Positions 1-10,389 are shown, counted from the first letter of the stretch. The stretch: DNA of 64,000 bases from Lachnospiraceae bacterium (GCA_009774535.1 VSNY01000002.1:8334-72333), one strand, 5' to 3'. The notes: generated by a model not told the origin, from the letters alone. Made by a program: numbers and translations.

Positions 1-308
1 CGATCAGCCGCCAGATCTGCACACCAAAGCCTTTTAAGCATATGCAGATCCAAAAGGCGGTCGTATCCTGTACTGGCATACGCACGGATAATCTGCTGAC
101 CGTAACACTGCAAAGCAAAATACCAGCCTTTTTTACAGCGGTGGAGACAGATGCAGATCTGGTCTGGTCTGACAATTTTATGCATCTGACCGATGGCCAA
201 GCGCATACGATCACCGCGCAGCTGCCGGAAGGTTATATAGGAATCCCTAAGATCCACGTAAAATCGCTCTGTGATTCTTATGAATTTGCGCTGGAGGGCC
301 AGGAATGA
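1..308 (+). CDS. 3' end of a probable glycoside hydrolase family 2 (beta-mannosidase-like) protein, partial
   Basis: Frame is open from the window edge. PKPFKH...VTLQSKIPAFF...WSDNFMHL...VKSLCDSY resembles the C-terminal Ig-like domain of beta-mannosidases. Stop overlaps the next ATG (ATGA). Confidence 0.55.
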   Translation, partial: ISRQICTPKPFKHMQIQKAVVSCTGIRTDNLLTVTLQSKIPAFFTAVETDADLVWSDNFMHLTDGQAHTITAQLPEGYIGIPKIHVKSLCDSYEFALEGQE

Positions 309-1153
309 AAACACTGTATGTATCCGATCTGGATGGAACACTGCTTCGTTCAGACGAAAGAACATCCGATTACACAAATGGCATCATCAACCGTCTGACC
401 GAACAAGGAATGATTTTTTCCTATGCGACAGCAAGATCTCTGGTCACAGCCAAAAAAGTGACCAGAGGGCTTTGCGCCCGCATTCCTCTGATTGTCTATA
501 ACGGAGCCTTCGTCATGGACAATGTTACCGGAGATCTGTTAATTGCCAATTACTTTACACAAGATATCCGCGAAGTGTTATGGCAGTTACTGGAACACGA
601 AATATATCCAATCGTTTATTCCTACATCAACGGAGCAGAAAAATTTTCTTATATCAGGGAACGCTGCACAAAAGGAATGATTGACTTTCTGCAGACAAGA
701 AAAGGAGATCCAAGGGACAATCCGGTTAAGACAACGGAAGAACTGCTAAACGGCAGCTGCTTTTATATCACCTGTATCGACCGCCCGGATAAATTAAAGC
801 CATTGTATCATACCTGTCAGGAACAGTTTCATTGTGTATATCAAACAGATCTATATACCAAAGAACAATGGCTGGAGATTATGCCGCGCCAGGCATCCAA
901 AGCAAATGCGGCCCTGCAGCTGAAAAAACGATTCGGCTGCAGCAGACTGGTAGCGTTTGGCGACGGAAGAAATGATCTGGATCTGTTCGCGGCAGCGGAT
1001 GAGAGTTATGCGGTAGAAAATGCAGTAGATGAATTAAAAGCAGCAGCAACCGGGGTTATTTTAAGCAACCAGGAAGATGGGGTTGCAAGGTGGCTGGAGC
1101 AGCATGCGCGGCAGAACGGACAGAAACGCGGATGCGCAATTTCGCCAGCATAG
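305..1153 (+). CDS. Cof-type HAD-IIB family hydrolase
   Basis: Motif I SDLDGTLL, ATAR, YNGA, SKANA and motif IV AFGDGRNDLDLF. Confidence 0.9.
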   Translation: MKTLYVSDLDGTLLRSDERTSDYTNGIINRLTEQGMIFSYATARSLVTAKKVTRGLCARIPLIVYNGAFVMDNVTGDLLIANYFTQDIREVLWQLLEHEIYPIVYSYINGAEKFSYIRERCTKGMIDFLQTRKGDPRDNPVKTTEELLNGSCFYITCIDRPDKLKPLYHTCQEQFHCVYQTDLYTKEQWLEIMPRQASKANAALQLKKRFGCSRLVAFGDGRNDLDLFAAADESYAVENAVDELKAAATGVILSNQEDGVARWLEQHARQNGQKRGCAISPA

Positions 1154-1196
1154 CCGCTCTGCGGAGAATGGATGCCCAATTTCGTCAGCATAGCCC
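1130..1196. repeat. Two imperfect 26-bp direct repeats (GGATGCSCAATTTCGYCAGCATAGCC), 41 bp apart
   Basis: Copies at 1130-1155 and 1171-1196. Confidence 0.7.
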
Positions 1197-1238
1197 GCTA
1201 TGCCCGCAAAATTGGGATCCATTCCGCCAAAAAGCCTG

Positions 1239-1736
1239 TTACTTTTTATGCGGATGATGCGAATGATGCGGATGATGCAGCAAATGCGAAGCAATATCTT
1301 TTCCAAGGAAATAAACCCGCCGGTAATACGTAAATGTAGAAATCAACACAAACCCAATACTAATTCCCAGTAAAGTCAGCGCACAATCCCCAGCGTTCCG
1401 CCACATTTCCGCCGTATCTTTTAACAGAAAATGAACCGCCGTATTATAAATCAGACTGCCGGGCGTCAACGGAATAATCGCCGGATACAAAAACACCGTA
1501 GAAGGCATTTTAAACTTCATAGCCATAATCTCCGCATAAAGCGAAGCGAACATAGCAGCCAGCAAAGAATAAACCAGCCTGGAATTATTAAATTCCAACA
1601 AAATCAGATACAACAGACGCGTCAGCGCGCCGCCAAGACCCGCCCACACAAGATAACGCTTTTGCATTTCATATTTCAATCCAAAGCCGATCGAAGCCAG
1701 GAAAGATAAAAAAATCAGTTTTAGACTTTCTGCCAT
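1239..1736 (-). CDS. Threonine/serine exporter family (ThrE_2-like) membrane protein with His-rich C-terminal tail
   Basis: Hydrophobic, PAIIPLTPG motif, overlaps its ThrE partner, ends HLLHHPHHSHHPHKK. Confidence 0.8.
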   Translation of the reverse strand: MAESLKLIFLSFLASIGFGLKYEMQKRYLVWAGLGGALTRLLYLILLEFNNSRLVYSLLAAMFASLYAEIMAMKFKMPSTVFLYPAIIPLTPGSLIYNTAVHFLLKDTAEMWRNAGDCALTLLGISIGFVLISTFTYYRRVYFLGKDIASHLLHHPHHSHHPHKK

Positions 1737-2515
1737 TGTATCATTTGTCCTCCAAACAGATAGATGCTTAACACAACCCCCAGCACAATAGCAAGGGATT
1801 CCAGCACAACTTTTAAAAACTCCAGAATACCATTCATCTCATTGCCGCACAAGACATTACGCACCGCATTCACAAGAGAAATGCTCGGTATCATCATCAG
1901 GCTGTTTGTAATAATAATGATAAAAAAATTCTGCCCAAGCCCTATTTTTACCAAAAGCAGCGCGATAGACCCCGCAGTCCACATGCTGATGACATTGGCA
2001 ACGATCTGGTTGATATTACGCCTGTCAAAATATTCAGATATCCAATACAGAACAAACGTATTGATCGAAACAGAAAAAATATCCGCAAAACTGCCTCCAT
2101 ACATGGCGCAAAGGGTAGAAACGGACAGCAAATGCCCAAGAATAATCAGTGCAGGCGGGGAATCCTTCACATCTTCCGCTTCGGCAAGCAGTCCGGCCAG
2201 CGTATCAGGAGGAGGAGTCTGTACACAGACTTTACGGGAAAGCTGATTAAACCGGTTCAGCTTTTCCAGATGCGTACTTGTGGAATGGACACTGATCTGC
2301 CGCGTTCCGGATACATCATCTTCAGATTTGGCGCCAAGAATGATCAGGCTGCTAATGGAAAAAATGCTGATCGAATGCAGGCGGTAGCTGTGGCAGATCC
2401 GGTACATCGTATCGTTCACACGTTCCAGATTCGCGCCGACAGACAGCATCTTACTGCCAAGGCTGGCAGCAAAATCAAGTATGTATTCTATATCCGTCAA
2501 AAAAGTCACCTCCAA
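1721..2515 (-). CDS. Threonine/serine exporter family (ThrE) protein
   Basis: G..ML..GA...RV.DT..RI, N.LSR and MMIPSISLVNAVR motifs; multiple TM segments. Confidence 0.85.
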   Translation of the reverse strand: MEVTFLTDIEYILDFAASLGSKMLSVGANLERVNDTMYRICHSYRLHSISIFSISSLIILGAKSEDDVSGTRQISVHSTSTHLEKLNRFNQLSRKVCVQTPPPDTLAGLLAEAEDVKDSPPALIILGHLLSVSTLCAMYGGSFADIFSVSINTFVLYWISEYFDRRNINQIVANVISMWTAGSIALLLVKIGLGQNFFIIIITNSLMMIPSISLVNAVRNVLCGNEMNGILEFLKVVLESLAIVLGVVLSIYLFGGQMIQWQKV

Positions 2516-2622
2516 CCTGGTGTTCCGACGGGGGACACCGCATCTATTATATCTTATTTAGGTTCAGGCAACAAGTATAAATTTTTTGCACAGCGCGGAA
2601 GAGCTGAATTTTTTGTGCTGGC

Positions 2623-2700
2623 AGCGCTGCCCCAGTCCGCCCAGGATGTATCGCCCAGACTGGTTCCGGCCCGCCGCCCGCAGAGTCGTCCGGGAATCCA
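2623..2700 (+). repeat. GC-rich intergenic repeat family, copy A
   Basis: CCAGTCCGCCCAGGATGTATCGCCCAG...CCGCCCGCAGAGTCGTCCG matches the reverse complement of 16873-16931 and the segment at 45805-45868. Confidence 0.75.
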
Positions 2701-2892
2701 GCCCCTCATCCAAAATATAACACCTTAACACGTATGTTACAAAATTCATTAACTATTGGTTTTTTATCATAAATATGATATTATAATTACAAAGAATATC
2801 CGGAACCATCAGCAGATCATGGAGACCTGTCCATATAACCAGCGGCAGTTCTCCATCCGCCGCACAGCAAAAGGAGATAGGGGTGAAAGGAC

Positions 2893-3645
2893 ATGCAAGA
2901 TTATGAAAAGTGGTCATATCAATTAATCAGAAAAAATGTAAAAAATATCAATTTGCGCGTGAAATCCGACGGAAGCGTTGTAGTATCCGCCGATCCGCGT
3001 GTTCCGAAAGCATATATTGACGAATTTGTGCAGTCTAAAAAAGATTTTATCCAAAAAGCCCGTGCCAAAATTCTGCAAAATCAAAATTGTAAACAACAGC
3101 AGCAGTTCCGTACTGGAGAACTGATCCCGTATCTGGGAAGTACGCTCCGCCTTTTCGCGGACCAGGCAGACAGCGGCTATATTCCCGGATGGCTGGAAGA
3201 GATGCAAAATGGCGTTATTGCGCATTTTTCCAGAAATAACTATGGCGAGGCGGTATTTCAAAGAGGACAGAGCCTGTGCCTGTATTCCACGGACCCTTTC
3301 GATCCGGAGCATAACCAGCAGCTGTATGATTGCTGGCAGAAAATTCAGGCAGGTATTTTATGCAGACAGCTCAGTCGCAGATATTATCCGGAATTTGAAA
3401 AACTGGGCGTTGTTTTTCCAGAGATTAAAATTCGTAAAATGAGTTCACGCTGGGGATCGTGTATTCCGGGCAAGCAAAAAGTTACATTTAACAGCCTGCT
3501 GCTGGAAAAGCCGCTGGAAAGTATTGAATATGTCGTTGTACATGAATTTTCTCATTTTATCCACCCTGACCATTCCAGAGCGTTTTATGAGTTTGTGGGA
3601 CATATTTTGCCGGATTGGAAAATCAGAAAGGCAGCGCTGCGCTGA
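2893..3645 (+). CDS. YgjP/DUF45-like zinc metallopeptidase-family protein
   Basis: RK.VKNINLRV, MSSRWGSC, EYVVVHEFSH (HEXXH), HSRAFY. Confidence 0.85.
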   Translation: MQDYEKWSYQLIRKNVKNINLRVKSDGSVVVSADPRVPKAYIDEFVQSKKDFIQKARAKILQNQNCKQQQQFRTGELIPYLGSTLRLFADQADSGYIPGWLEEMQNGVIAHFSRNNYGEAVFQRGQSLCLYSTDPFDPEHNQQLYDCWQKIQAGILCRQLSRRYYPEFEKLGVVFPEIKIRKMSSRWGSCIPGKQKVTFNSLLLEKPLESIEYVVVHEFSHFIHPDHSRAFYEFVGHILPDWKIRKAALR

Positions 3646-3808
3646 CTGAGTATGATACCGATTATTTACAAGGATAAAATTGTGCAGTTTGCCATAAAAA
3701 AAGAAAAAAGATGCTGTAAAGGTAGCATAATAGACGGGTTTGTGATAGAATAGATACAGCTTTGTAAAAAAGAGGAAAAAGGGATCAAAGGGAATTGGAG
3801 GAAGAGTC

Positions 3809-5590
3809 ATGAGCAACAAACAGGAAAAACAAGAAAACAAGCAAAAGCGCAATGCAGGCGGCTACAGGCATAAGACCAGGCGACTCAGTATCCGGTCAAA
3901 AGTCCTTGTACCGACAGCGATCATGGTAGCAGTGATTTGCTGTTGTCTGGCGCTTTTATTTAAGTCGCGCATGGAGACGGACATGATATCGACCGGGGCG
4001 GAAATGGCAGTGTATGTCGGCAATTTGGCCGAAGATAAGCTGAATGGCAATCTGATTGAAAAACTTATGCCCGGCGGAGAGACGTCGGCTGCTTATATGG
4101 CGCTGGCGAACGCAATGACAGGAACGCTCAACGGATCTTCTGTCAAATATATGTATACCCTGTATGCGGAAAATGGCAAAGTGTATTATGGAGTGGACCT
4201 GGATACGGATCACCAGCAGCCAATCGGGTCTGAATTTGAAGAACCGTATTCCCTGTTAAAGCCGGTCTTTGAAAAGGGGGAAGTCGTAAAGAGCAGCAAA
4301 ATCGAAACCGTTTCCAAAGATTGCTCCGTGATATCCGCATATGTGCCGATTTACAACAACAAGATGGAAATTGTAGGCGCGGTAGGGTGCGATTATGAAG
4401 CAAGCGGCATTGTAGCAGCAGTCAATGATACTATGCGTAATATCGTAATGATTGGTATTGCGTTTTTTGTCATCGCAGTGCTTTTGTTCAGCCTGATTAT
4501 TAATCAGATTATTAAAAATCTGTGGAATGTGGACGACCGCATTTATGATATTGTAAACAGTAACGGCGACCTGACGCAGACGATACAGATCCACACCGGA
4601 GATGAAACCGAATGCATTGCCGGACATGTCAATGAACTGCTGGCCTATATGCGCCAGATTATGATCAGTATTTCCGATAATTCCAAAAAATTGAACGATT
4701 CTTCCGAAAACGTCGTATCACATCTGAAAGATACGCAGTCGAGTGTATCGGAAGTATCTACCACAATGGAAGAAATGACAGCAACGATGGAAGAGACGAC
4801 GTCTTCACTGAACCGGATCAATGAGTCAGTCAACGAAGTCTTCCAGTTTATTGAGCAGATCAATAACCGTTCCAAAGATGGCGACGCCTTATCAGACGAG
4901 ATTAAAGAAAGCGCGCAGAAGATTCAGGCGAACGCGATCGCCGAGCAGCAGGCAGCAAAAGAGCGCACACAGGAAATTACAGAAAGCGTATATACAAAGA
5001 TAGAACAGTCAAAAGCAGTTTCCAAGATCAGTGAATTAACGACAAATATTATTAACATTACAGACCAGACAAATCTGCTGGCGCTGAATGCAAGCATCGA
5101 GGCAGCAAGGGCCGGCGAGGCTGGCAGGGGCTTTGCGGTTGTAGCGGATGAGATCGGAAAGCTGGCTGCAGATTCTGCGTCTGCGGCAGAACAGATTCAG
5201 GATGTAAGCAATATTGTAATCCGGGCAGTCAATGCACTGGCGGAAGAAGCATCCAGAATGGTAACATTCGTAGAAGAAGTTGCCATGAAAGGCTATTCGG
5301 ATCTTGTAAAAACAAGTGAAGAATATCACGAAGAATCCGGCAAAGTCAATCAGATGATGCAGGAGTTCAGCAATGAAGCGCAGCAGCTGCAGAACAATAT
5401 GGACCAGATCCGTCAGCTGATGGAGGCGGCAAATGAGTCGGTAGAAGAAAGCGCTCATGGCGTCGGACGTATTTCTGATATGTCTTCCAGCATTAACAAT
5501 AATGTCAAAGACATTGAGGAATTGGCAGATACCAATATGGAAATCGCAAATATGCTGGATGCAGAAGTAAATAAATTCCGACTGGCTTAA
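3809..5590 (+). CDS. Methyl-accepting chemotaxis protein
   Basis: Two TM helices, HAMP region, signalling motif [30 protein letters not shown]. Confidence 0.95.
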   Translation: MSNKQEKQENKQKRNAGGYRHKTRRLSIRSKVLVPTAIMVAVICCCLALLFKSRMETDMISTGAEMAVYVGNLAEDKLNGNLIEKLMPGGETSAAYMALANAMTGTLNGSSVKYMYTLYAENGKVYYGVDLDTDHQQPIGSEFEEPYSLLKPVFEKGEVVKSSKIETVSKDCSVISAYVPIYNNKMEIVGAVGCDYEASGIVAAVNDTMRNIVMIGIAFFVIAVLLFSLIINQIIKNLWNVDDRIYDIVNSNGDLTQTIQIHTGDETECIAGHVNELLAYMRQIMISISDNSKKLNDSSENVVSHLKDTQSSVSEVSTTMEEMTATMEETTSSLNRINESVNEVFQFIEQINNRSKDGDALSDEIKESAQKIQANAIAEQQAAKERTQEITESVYTKIEQSKAVSKISELTTNIINITDQTNLLALNASIEAARAGEAGRGFAVVADEIGKLAADSASAAEQIQDVSNIVIRAVNALAEEASRMVTFVEEVAMKGYSDLVKTSEEYHEESGKVNQMMQEFSNEAQQLQNNMDQIRQLMEAANESVEESAHGVGRISDMSSSINNNVKDIEELADTNMEIANMLDAEVNKFRLA

Positions 5591-5669
5591 AGCTGGTCGG
5601 AACAGTTCAGATTTCCCATGGAACTGTTACAGCTGGTCTTTTATTTCCGCGGTCTGTAACATTCTGGCA

Positions 5670-5698
5670 TTGACTTTTTCGCGAATTGCATTTATGAT
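5670..5698 (+). promoter_or_regulatory. Putative sigmaA promoter of the PilZ gene
   Basis: TTGACT-17 nt-TATGAT. Confidence 0.55.
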
Positions 5699-5734
5699 AG
5701 AATCGTTCGTTAATCAAAGTTCGGAGGTGGCAGT

Positions 5735-6376
5735 TTGAAAATATCAGATTTAAAAAAAGGCCAGAAAGTGACTATTCGCTGCAAACATAAAACGCTTCTG
5801 GTCGATATGGAAGCGAGGGTGGCCGGAGTCCGATCCGAGGTAGTGCTGCTCGAACTGATCCGCCATGACGGTCAGATCGTAGATTTTTCCAGCCCCCATG
5901 TACATATTATTACCATTTATGAAGATGGCGAGGATATGCCAAAAGCATGGACAAACTGCAGGATACAAAGGAGAACCGTAGACGGCAGACAGTTCCATGC
6001 ACTTGCAGCGCCCAAAGCGAGCGTAAAAGTAAATCGCCGTAAAGTCTCCAGGATCATTATTGATAAACAAGGCAAATTAAAGATCAGCAATGTACCAAAC
6101 GGTGTTGATATTACCATTCATGATCTATCTGTGAACGGTATCGGATTCCAGTGTCCGAGGAAAATCGAAGAACAGGATGTTCGGCATTTGTATATCCAGT
6201 TTTTGGATGAAGACCGGGAAGATGAAGAAGAGATCAAGGTAGAGGCAAGAGTGGTATGGAAAAAAGAACTGCCGGAAGGAGCGTTCTTTTACGGCTGCAG
6301 GATTGTCAACGCAGGAGAAAATCTGGGTTATTATATTGCAGAAAAAATGCGTGGAGACCGCGATACAGGATTTTAA
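5735..6376 (+). CDS. PilZ domain (c-di-GMP-binding, flagellar-brake-like) protein
   Basis: RRKVSR (RxxxR) and DLSVNG (DxSxxG) motifs; RBS GGAGGT before a TTG start. Confidence 0.85.
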   Translation: MKISDLKKGQKVTIRCKHKTLLVDMEARVAGVRSEVVLLELIRHDGQIVDFSSPHVHIITIYEDGEDMPKAWTNCRIQRRTVDGRQFHALAAPKASVKVNRRKVSRIIIDKQGKLKISNVPNGVDITIHDLSVNGIGFQCPRKIEEQDVRHLYIQFLDEDREDEEEIKVEARVVWKKELPEGAFFYGCRIVNAGENLGYYIAEKMRGDRDTGF

Positions 6377-6392
6377 CAAAATAATGTAGCGA

Positions 6393-6435
6393 AAGAGGCA
6401 CCAACAATCAATCGCTTTGATTGCTGATGCCTCTT
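6393..6435 (-). terminator. 19-bp hairpin, likely the terminator of a minus-strand transcript (possibly bidirectional)
   Basis: AAGAGGCACCAACAATCAA/TTGATTGCTGATGCCTCTT. The two C-A mismatches on + become G-U pairs on -. The U tail is short. Confidence 0.65.
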
Positions 6436-6701
6436 AGACTGATATGTCCATGGGTTTATGCCATGCCTTTCTTAGATTATTTAACAACGAAATCTTATCA
6501 TGAGGAATGAAATGTTGTTGTATTTTGTCTTCAGCTTAGTCCATCCAATATCCATGTCTGTTTTCCTTGAATGCCTTTGATCTGGACTCATATATGAATG
6601 TACTCGACTGAATCTCCGACCACTTTTTACAGTGTTGTCTTCACGGTATCTTCTGCATATTATGTAACTAATCTGAAAACGTTATTAAGATTTGAATCAT
6701 G

Positions 6702-7211
6702 CATTGGAGTTTACCCCGCTTTCTTTAGACTTTTAAAAATGGTGGATGTAAGCTTCTTGATCCATTGGACTGTCCCCGCTTTCATTTGATTCTGCAAACC
6801 ATAGATCCTGTTATCTGATTTCTGACTATCCCGACCACCGGATCATTAATCAAAAATCAGGGCTTTATCGTTCCCATCGGTCTGTACCCCACTTTCATTC
6901 AATATGACATTTCAATGTATATTAACAAAAATCCGGGCCTAAACTTCTGTTTTCATTGGACTGTACCCCGCTTTCTTATGATTTACCTGATCACAATCCC
7001 GGTTAAGTAATTCCCTCCATTGGACTATCCCCGCTTTCGTTTGATTAACAAAAACAAACTGGGTTTAAACTTCTCTCTCCATTGGTCTGATCTCCGTTTC
7101 TTCAGATTTTTATTACACTTGCGTGAAAAAGTTATGTAATCATTGGTCCGTACCTCATTTCTTAAAATATTAGGTATTCATTACTGATGCTGGTGGACTC
7201 ATCCCCTTTCT
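6702..7211 (-). repeat. Array of a ~22-nt motif (+ strand CATTGGACTGTMCCCGCTTTC-like) with ~60-nt period
   Basis: Copies start (+) at 6702, 6763, 6875, 6954, 7018, 7080 and 7141, with a degenerate copy at ~7194 and other partial copies at ~6448, ~6606 and ~6824. Confidence 0.9.
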
Positions 7212-7317
7212 TACAGCTTCATTCGGAATAAGAAATCTTTATTTTATAAAAAGATTTTATCTTTGCTGTGAATGAAGATGTTTTTTAGTGTTGTTTCGTT
7301 TGTTTTTTGTTGAGATT

Positions 7318-7346
7318 ATAATATCAAACAAATATGTATTTGTCAA
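7318..7346 (-). promoter_or_regulatory. Near-consensus sigmaA promoter pointing into the repeat array, divergent from secA
   Basis: Minus strand TTGACA(7346-7341)-17 nt-TATTAT(7323-7318) with extended -10 TG, an overlapping TATAAT and AT-rich upstream DNA. Confidence 0.75.
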
Positions 7347-7623
7347 CAATAAATTAGAAAAAAATAAAAAAAAAATTATTAATTCAGAATTAGATCATAT
7401 ACAGAATAAAATATCAGATAATTTGAGCTTTTAGTATCATTTCTGTATGACAGCCACAAAGATGCATATCCTAATAATGAAACATTTAATCTAAGCAGTC
7501 CCCAGTTTATAAAATATTCACAAATAGTTCACCGCAATATCTATTGTTTCAAAACCAAAGTAGTGCTATAATAGAAGCGATTTTGTGATGAATGACAAGT
7601 ATACGATAACGATAGGAGATTAT

Positions 7624-10194
7624 ATGGGAGCATTTGAAAAAATATTCGGCACTCACAGCGAGCGTGAGTTAAAAAGAATAAAACCGCTTGTAGATAAGAT
7701 TGAGGGCCTGCGTCCGACGATGCAGGAGATGTCCGATGATGAGCTGAAAGCCAAAACACCGGAATTTAAAAAGCGCCTGGAAGCAGGCGAAACGATGGAC
7801 GATATTTTAGTAGAAGCATTTGCGGTTGTCAGGGAGGCGTCCTGGAGGGTGCTTCATATGGAACCGTTCCGGGTACAGCTGATTGGCGGTATTATTCTGC
7901 ATCAGGGACGTATCGCGGAAATGAAGACTGGTGAAGGTAAGACGCTCGTAGCAACCATGCCGGCCTATCTGAATGCGTTAGAAGGCAAAGGCGTTCATAT
8001 CGTAACGGTAAATGATTACCTGGCACAGCGTGACGCGGAAGAAATGGGCCAGGTGCATGAATTTCTGGGACTGAAAGTCGGCTGTATTTTGAACAGTATG
8101 GACAACGACCAGCGCCGGGAAGCTTATGCGTGTGATATCACATATGTGACGAATAACGAGCTGGGATTTGACTATCTGAGGGATAATATGGTCATTTATA
8201 AAGAACAGCTCGTGCAGAGGGATCTGCATTTTGCGATTGTTGATGAGGTGGATTCCATCCTGATTGACGAAGCGCGTACGCCGCTTATTATTTCCGGGCA
8301 GAGCGGGAAGTCCACAAAGCTCTACGAAGCCTGTGATATTTTGGCGCAGCAGTTAAAGCGCGGCGAGGGCAACGGGGAATTTACGAAGATGGATGCCATT
8401 ATGGGCGTGGAAGTCGAGGAAGACGGTGATTTTATCGTCAATGAAAAGGACAAGGTTGTAAACCTGACTGCTGAAGGTGTAAAAAAGGTAGAGAAGTTTT
8501 TCAATATCGAGAACCTGGCCGATGCGGAAAATTTGGAAATCCAGCATAATATTATTTTAGCGCTGCGTGCGCATAACCTGATGTTCCGCGATAAAGATTA
8601 TGTGGTAAAAGATGAAGAGGTACTGATCGTAGATGAATTTACGGGGCGTATTATGCCGGGGCGCCGTTATTCGGACGGGCTGCATCAGGCGATTGAAGCA
8701 AAAGAACATGTGAAGGTAAGACGGGAGAGCCGCACACTGGCGACGATTACTTTCCAGAACTTTTTTAATAAATTTGAGAAAAAATCCGGCATGACTGGTA
8801 CGGCGCTGACCGAAGAGCAGGAGTTTCGTGATATTTACGGGATGGACGTAATTGAGATCCCGACGAATATGCCAGTGATTCGTGAAGACCACCAGGACGC
8901 TGTATATAAAACACAGAAGGAAAAATTCCGCGCGGTCTGTGACGAGGTGGAAGCCAGCCATGCCAAAGGACAGCCGGTGCTGGTCGGCACGGTTACGATC
9001 GAGATCTCAGAGCTGTTGGATAAGATGTTAAGCCGCAGGGGCATTAAGCATCAGGTGCTGAACGCAAAGTTCCATGAAAAGGAAGCGGAAATTGTCAGTC
9101 ACGCAGGCGAGCATGGGGCGGTTACGATCGCGACGAATATGGCCGGGCGTGGTACGGATATTAAGCTGGACGAGGAAGCCAGAAAAGCCGGAGGACTTAA
9201 GATTATCGGTACCGAGCGTCATGAATCCCGCCGGATTGACAACCAGCTGCGCGGACGTTCCGGCCGTCAGGGCGATCCGGGCGAGTCCAAGTTTTACATT
9301 TCGCTGGAAGATGATCTGATGCGTTTGTTCGGCTCGGAAAAGCTGATGGATATTTTCAATGCGCTTGGTGTGCCGGAAGGCGAGGAAATCCAGCATAAGA
9401 TGCTGACCAATGCGATTGAAAAGGCGCAGAAGAAGATTGAAGCGAATAACTTTGGTATTCGTAAAAACCTTCTGGAATACGACCAGGTCATGAATGACCA
9501 GAGAGAAATTGTATACGAAGAGCGTATGAAAGTATTAAATGGAGAGAACATGCGCGATTCGATTTATAAGATGATTGTTGATTTTGTGGAAGCAACGGTA
9601 GATACGTGCCTGTCCGATGACGTCAGCCGGGAAGAGTGGGATTTGGAAGAGTTAAACCAGCTGCTGGTTCCGGTCATTCCTTTGGAGCCGCTGACCGCGG
9701 AAAATCTGGAAGACTGCAAAAACAGCAAAGAGGTGAAACACAAGCTAAAAGAGCAGGCAGTAAAGCTGTATGAAGAAAAAGAGGCGGAATTTCCGGAACC
9801 AGAGGCAATCCGTGAACTGGAGCGCGTGATTTTATTAAAGGTGATCGACCGCAAATGGATGGCGCATCTGGATGATATGGACCAGCTCCGCCAGGGGATC
9901 GGCCTGCAGGCTTACGGGCAGAGAGATCCGCTGGTAGAGTACAAGCTGATGGGATTTGAAATGTTTGACGGAATGACGCAGAATATGCGTGAAGATACGC
10001 TGCGGCTGATGTATCATGTAAGGATGGAAGAAAAGGTAGAACGGGAAGAAGTGGCAAAGGTGACAGGAACCAACAAAGATGATTCTGCGTCTGCCAAGCC
10101 GAAAACACGGGAAGTAAAAAAAGTGTATCCAAACGATCCATGTCCTTGCGGAAGCGGTAAGAAATTTAAGCATTGCTGTATGAATAAGGTGTAA
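7624..10194 (+). CDS. secA: Preprotein translocase subunit SecA
   Basis: [37 protein letters not shown] and C-terminal [17 protein letters not shown]. Start placed at the ATG after AGGAG. Confidence 0.98.
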   Translation: MGAFEKIFGTHSERELKRIKPLVDKIEGLRPTMQEMSDDELKAKTPEFKKRLEAGETMDDILVEAFAVVREASWRVLHMEPFRVQLIGGIILHQGRIAEMKTGEGKTLVATMPAYLNALEGKGVHIVTVNDYLAQRDAEEMGQVHEFLGLKVGCILNSMDNDQRREAYACDITYVTNNELGFDYLRDNMVIYKEQLVQRDLHFAIVDEVDSILIDEARTPLIISGQSGKSTKLYEACDILAQQLKRGEGNGEFTKMDAIMGVEVEEDGDFIVNEKDKVVNLTAEGVKKVEKFFNIENLADAENLEIQHNIILALRAHNLMFRDKDYVVKDEEVLIVDEFTGRIMPGRRYSDGLHQAIEAKEHVKVRRESRTLATITFQNFFNKFEKKSGMTGTALTEEQEFRDIYGMDVIEIPTNMPVIREDHQDAVYKTQKEKFRAVCDEVEASHAKGQPVLVGTVTIEISELLDKMLSRRGIKHQVLNAKFHEKEAEIVSHAGEHGAVTIATNMAGRGTDIKLDEEARKAGGLKIIGTERHESRRIDNQLRGRSGRQGDPGESKFYISLEDDLMRLFGSEKLMDIFNALGVPEGEEIQHKMLTNAIEKAQKKIEANNFGIRKNLLEYDQVMNDQREIVYEERMKVLNGENMRDSIYKMIVDFVEATVDTCLSDDVSREEWDLEELNQLLVPVIPLEPLTAENLEDCKNSKEVKHKLKEQAVKLYEEKEAEFPEPEAIRELERVILLKVIDRKWMAHLDDMDQLRQGIGLQAYGQRDPLVEYKLMGFEMFDGMTQNMREDTLRLMYHVRMEEKVEREEVAKVTGTNKDDSASAKPKTREVKKVYPNDPCPCGSGKKFKHCCMNKV

Positions 10195-10204
10195 AAGTAA
10201 CAGA

Positions 10205-10257
10205 AAAGGCGAAGTTGCAGGAAGTTTATGATCTAAATACTGTAATTTTGCCTTTTA
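10205..10257 (+). terminator. Rho-independent terminator after secA
   Basis: AAAAGGCGAAGTTGCAG...CTGTAATTTTGCCTTTT followed by T-rich sequence. Confidence 0.65.
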
Positions 10258-10389
10258 TTTTCCATGAAAGGCCAAAGAAGAAAACGTTTCTTTAAGAAAT
10301 GAAGAATAGATCAGAAAAGGGTTATCGTTTACTTTTTGTCTGGAAAAAGAAATAGTTTTTTTGCTTGGAAAAGGGGATCAGGAAAAGAG

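Larger units (their letters stand above)
6390..7311 (-). ncRNA. Candidate ~920-nt repeat-array non-coding RNA (or micro-ORF array)
   Basis: Bounded by a promoter and a polarised hairpin, no long ORF, repeated 22-nt motif, 5' nested stems. Confidence 0.55.

Noticed and set aside
6598..6789. 63-aa ORF inside the array region
   Set aside because: No RBS, no recognisable motif, and antisense to the predicted promoter; probably spurious.
6702..7211. Repeat array as a CRISPR array
   Set aside because: Repeats are too degenerate, spacing is irregular (51-112 nt), linkers resemble each other, and no cas genes are in the window.
6390..7311. Identification as the raiA-motif RNA or another known large ncRNA near secA
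   Set aside because: No raiA/hpf gene is adjacent and I cannot match any known consensus by eye; an Rfam search is needed.
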